From Vineibacter sp. (GTDB lineage: Bacteria > Pseudomonadota > Alphaproteobacteria > Reyranellales > Reyranellaceae): a stretch of 35,943 nt of DNA. The translations under genes were made by a program, and so were the position numbers. Of the stretch, positions 34,456-35,943 are shown in pieces. The notes below the pieces were generated by a model. That model had not been told where the DNA came from. It made no database searches and was given only the letters and a program-made list of their open reading frames with translations. The number at the start of each line of letters is the position of its first letter. The stretch's first letter is position 1. Location: contig DATEIF010000362.1 in the NCBI GenBank assembly GCA_035279205.1, forward strand, positions 1-35,943, given 5' to 3'.

Positions 34456-35943
34456 ATGCAGCGCTGGTTGCGCGCGGCGTTCGCCGCTTCTTTCGGGCTT
34501 GCCGTGCTGGTCATGGCCGGTAGCGCCTTTGCCCAGGCCGATCCACCGGCCCGTGTCGGCCGCATCAGCTATCTCGGCGGCACCGTGTCCTATCACGACA
34601 GCGACGAGGCGCGCTGGTCGCCGGCGATCCTCAACTATCCCTTCACCACCGGCGGCGCGCTGTGGACCGAGCCCAACGGCCGCGCCGAAATGGTGGTGGC
34701 CGGTCTGCGCGTGCGCCTGCAGGGCGCCACCGAGATCGACGCCCTGGCGCTCGATGACGAGCAGTTCCGGCTGCGCCTGCCGCAGGGCCGCATCGATGTG
34801 CGTGCCGCGGGCGTCGCATCCGACCGGCCTGTCGAAATCCTCACGCCACGCGGCACCGTGCGGCTGATGAGCGATGGCGATTATGTGATCGAGGCCGGCA
34901 CCACTGACGATCCGACCCGGATCGGTGTGCGCAGCGGCGCGGCGCAGTTCGTCGACGCCAATGGCAGCGTGCTGGCCGTGCAGGCGGGTGAGATCGGGCT
35001 GGTGACGGGCATGACGCCGGTGGTGTTCTCGACCCAGCGCATGGCGCCACCGCCGATGCCGCCGGAATGGGCGGCACGCGACCGGCAGATCGCCTATCGT
35101 CCGGCGCAATACGTCGCCGACACGGTCACCGGGTACGAGGATCTCGATGCCTACGGCAGCTGGGTGGTGGGCGGCGACTATGGCCAGGTCTGGGTGCCGC
35201 GCGCGGTGCCGGTGGGCTGGGCGCCCTATCGCAACGGCCACTGGGCGTGGGTGCGCCCGTGGGGCTGGACCTGGGTCGACGATGCGCCCTGGGGCTTCGC
35301 GCCGTTCCACTATGGTCGCTGGGTGATGTTCAACAACCGCTGGTGCTGGGTGCCGCCGGCCCGCACGGCGCGGCCGGTCTATGCGCCGGCGGTCGTCGGC
35401 TTTGTCGGCGCGACGATCGCCGAGTTCACCATCGGCAGCCGTGGCCCGGCGGTAGGCTGGTTCCCGCTGGGGCCGCGTGAAGTCTACGTGCCGCCTTACA
35501 CGACCAACCGTACCTACATCCGCAACATCAACGTGACCAACGTCTACAACGTCACGGAGATCGAGCGGCGCACCGACTATGTCGAGCGCTGGAAGGATCG
35601 CCGCGACGCACGGCGCGACGACGAGCGCTGGACCTACGCCAACCAGCGCTACGCCACCGTCGTGCCGACGGAGGTGTTCGAGAGGGCGCGGCCTGTGAAC
35701 CGTGCCGCGCTGCGTGTGCAGGGCGATCGGCTGGTGAAAGCGGACGTGGCGCCGGTCGCGGCGCCGCCGGTGTCCGCGACGCCGGACCGGGCGCCGACGT
35801 TGCCGGACAAGCGCCTGCCCAACGCGAAGGGGCCGGACGTGAAGGGTCCCGATGCGAAAGCGCCGGCGCCTGTCGTCAGCCGCACGACATTCGGCGACAT
35901 GCCGACTCTGGGACGGCCTGAGCGGGTCGAGCGTCCCGCGGCG
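34456..35943 (+). CDS. Secreted FecR-like/DUF6600-like Trp/Pro-rich protein, truncated by the window end (absent from the ORF track)
   Basis: AGGAGG RBS; MQRWLRAAF signal peptide, then DPPARVGRISY, GYEDLDAYGSW, WAPYRNGHW, PWGWTWVDDAPWGFAPFHYGRW; no stop seen in the segments translated by hand. Confidence 0.85.
   Translation, partial: MQRWLRAAFAASFGLAVLVMAGSAFAQADPPARVGRISYLGGTVSYHDSDEARWSPAILNYPFTTGGALWTEPNGRAEMVVAGLRVRLQGATEIDALALDDEQFRLRLPQGRIDVRAAGVASDRPVEILTPRGTVRLMSDGDYVIEAGTTDDPTRIGVRSGAAQFVDANGSVLAVQAGEIGLVTGMTPVVFSTQRMAPPPMPPEWAARDRQIAYRPAQYVADTVTGYEDLDAYGSWVVGGDYGQVWVPRAVPVGWAPYRNGHWAWVRPWGWTWVDDAPWGFAPFHYGRWVMFNNRWCWVPPARTARPVYAPAVVGFVGATIAEFTIGSRGPAVGWFPLGPREVYVPPYTTNRTYIRNINVTNVYNVTEIERRTDYVERWKDRRDARRDDERWTYANQRYATVVPTEVFERARPVNRAALRVQGDRLVKADVAPVAAPPVSATPDRAPTLPDKRLPNAKGPDVKGPDAKAPAPVVSRTTFGDMPTLGRPERVERPAA

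Noticed and set aside
1-35943. CRISPR array, tRNA/rRNA, integrase or transposase
   Set aside because: Repeats are isolated palindromes without regular spacers; no RNA gene or recombinase motifs were seen

Overview
GC-rich alphaproteobacterial chromosome segment. The class is inferred from Cys-free L31, yajC-secD-secF-Mth938 and DUF815 synteny, and an EcfG-type promoter; a finer taxon cannot be fixed from sequence alone. In order it holds: a reductive pyrimidine catabolism cluster (ABC ATPase, preA, preT, RutR with operator, nitrilase-type beta-ureidopropionase); two small orphan ORFs between two palindromic repeats; divergent pcp and a GGT-family Ntn hydrolase; ogt; DUF1330; MATE plus a Crp/Fnr regulator; mtnA-TRAP-class II aldolase; an Ada/AlkA fusion-ogt-SnoaL-SDR run; GNAT; rpmE; cyaY; an ABC exporter; a MntA-HepT toxin-antitoxin pair; Mth938-secF-secD-yajC; a DUF815 ATPase; an MBL hydrolase; a flavin monooxygenase; an acetylpolyamine amidohydrolase-like HDAC; and a FecR/DUF6600-like protein cut by the window end. 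Four families of palindromic repeats recur. The strongest novel signal is a 19-bp box (16/19 identical) placed exactly 18 nt before a -10 element upstream of both the ada-alkA gene and a SnoaL/NTF2 gene, suggesting an undescribed member of the alkylation adaptive response with a start-site-dependent RBS hairpin. Other signals are a TakP-type TRAP system between mtnA and ald2 with a tandem-repeated leader, a repeat translated as the RutR C-terminus, and a Cys-bracketed insertion in SecF. All calls come from motif recognition by eye; no searches were run.
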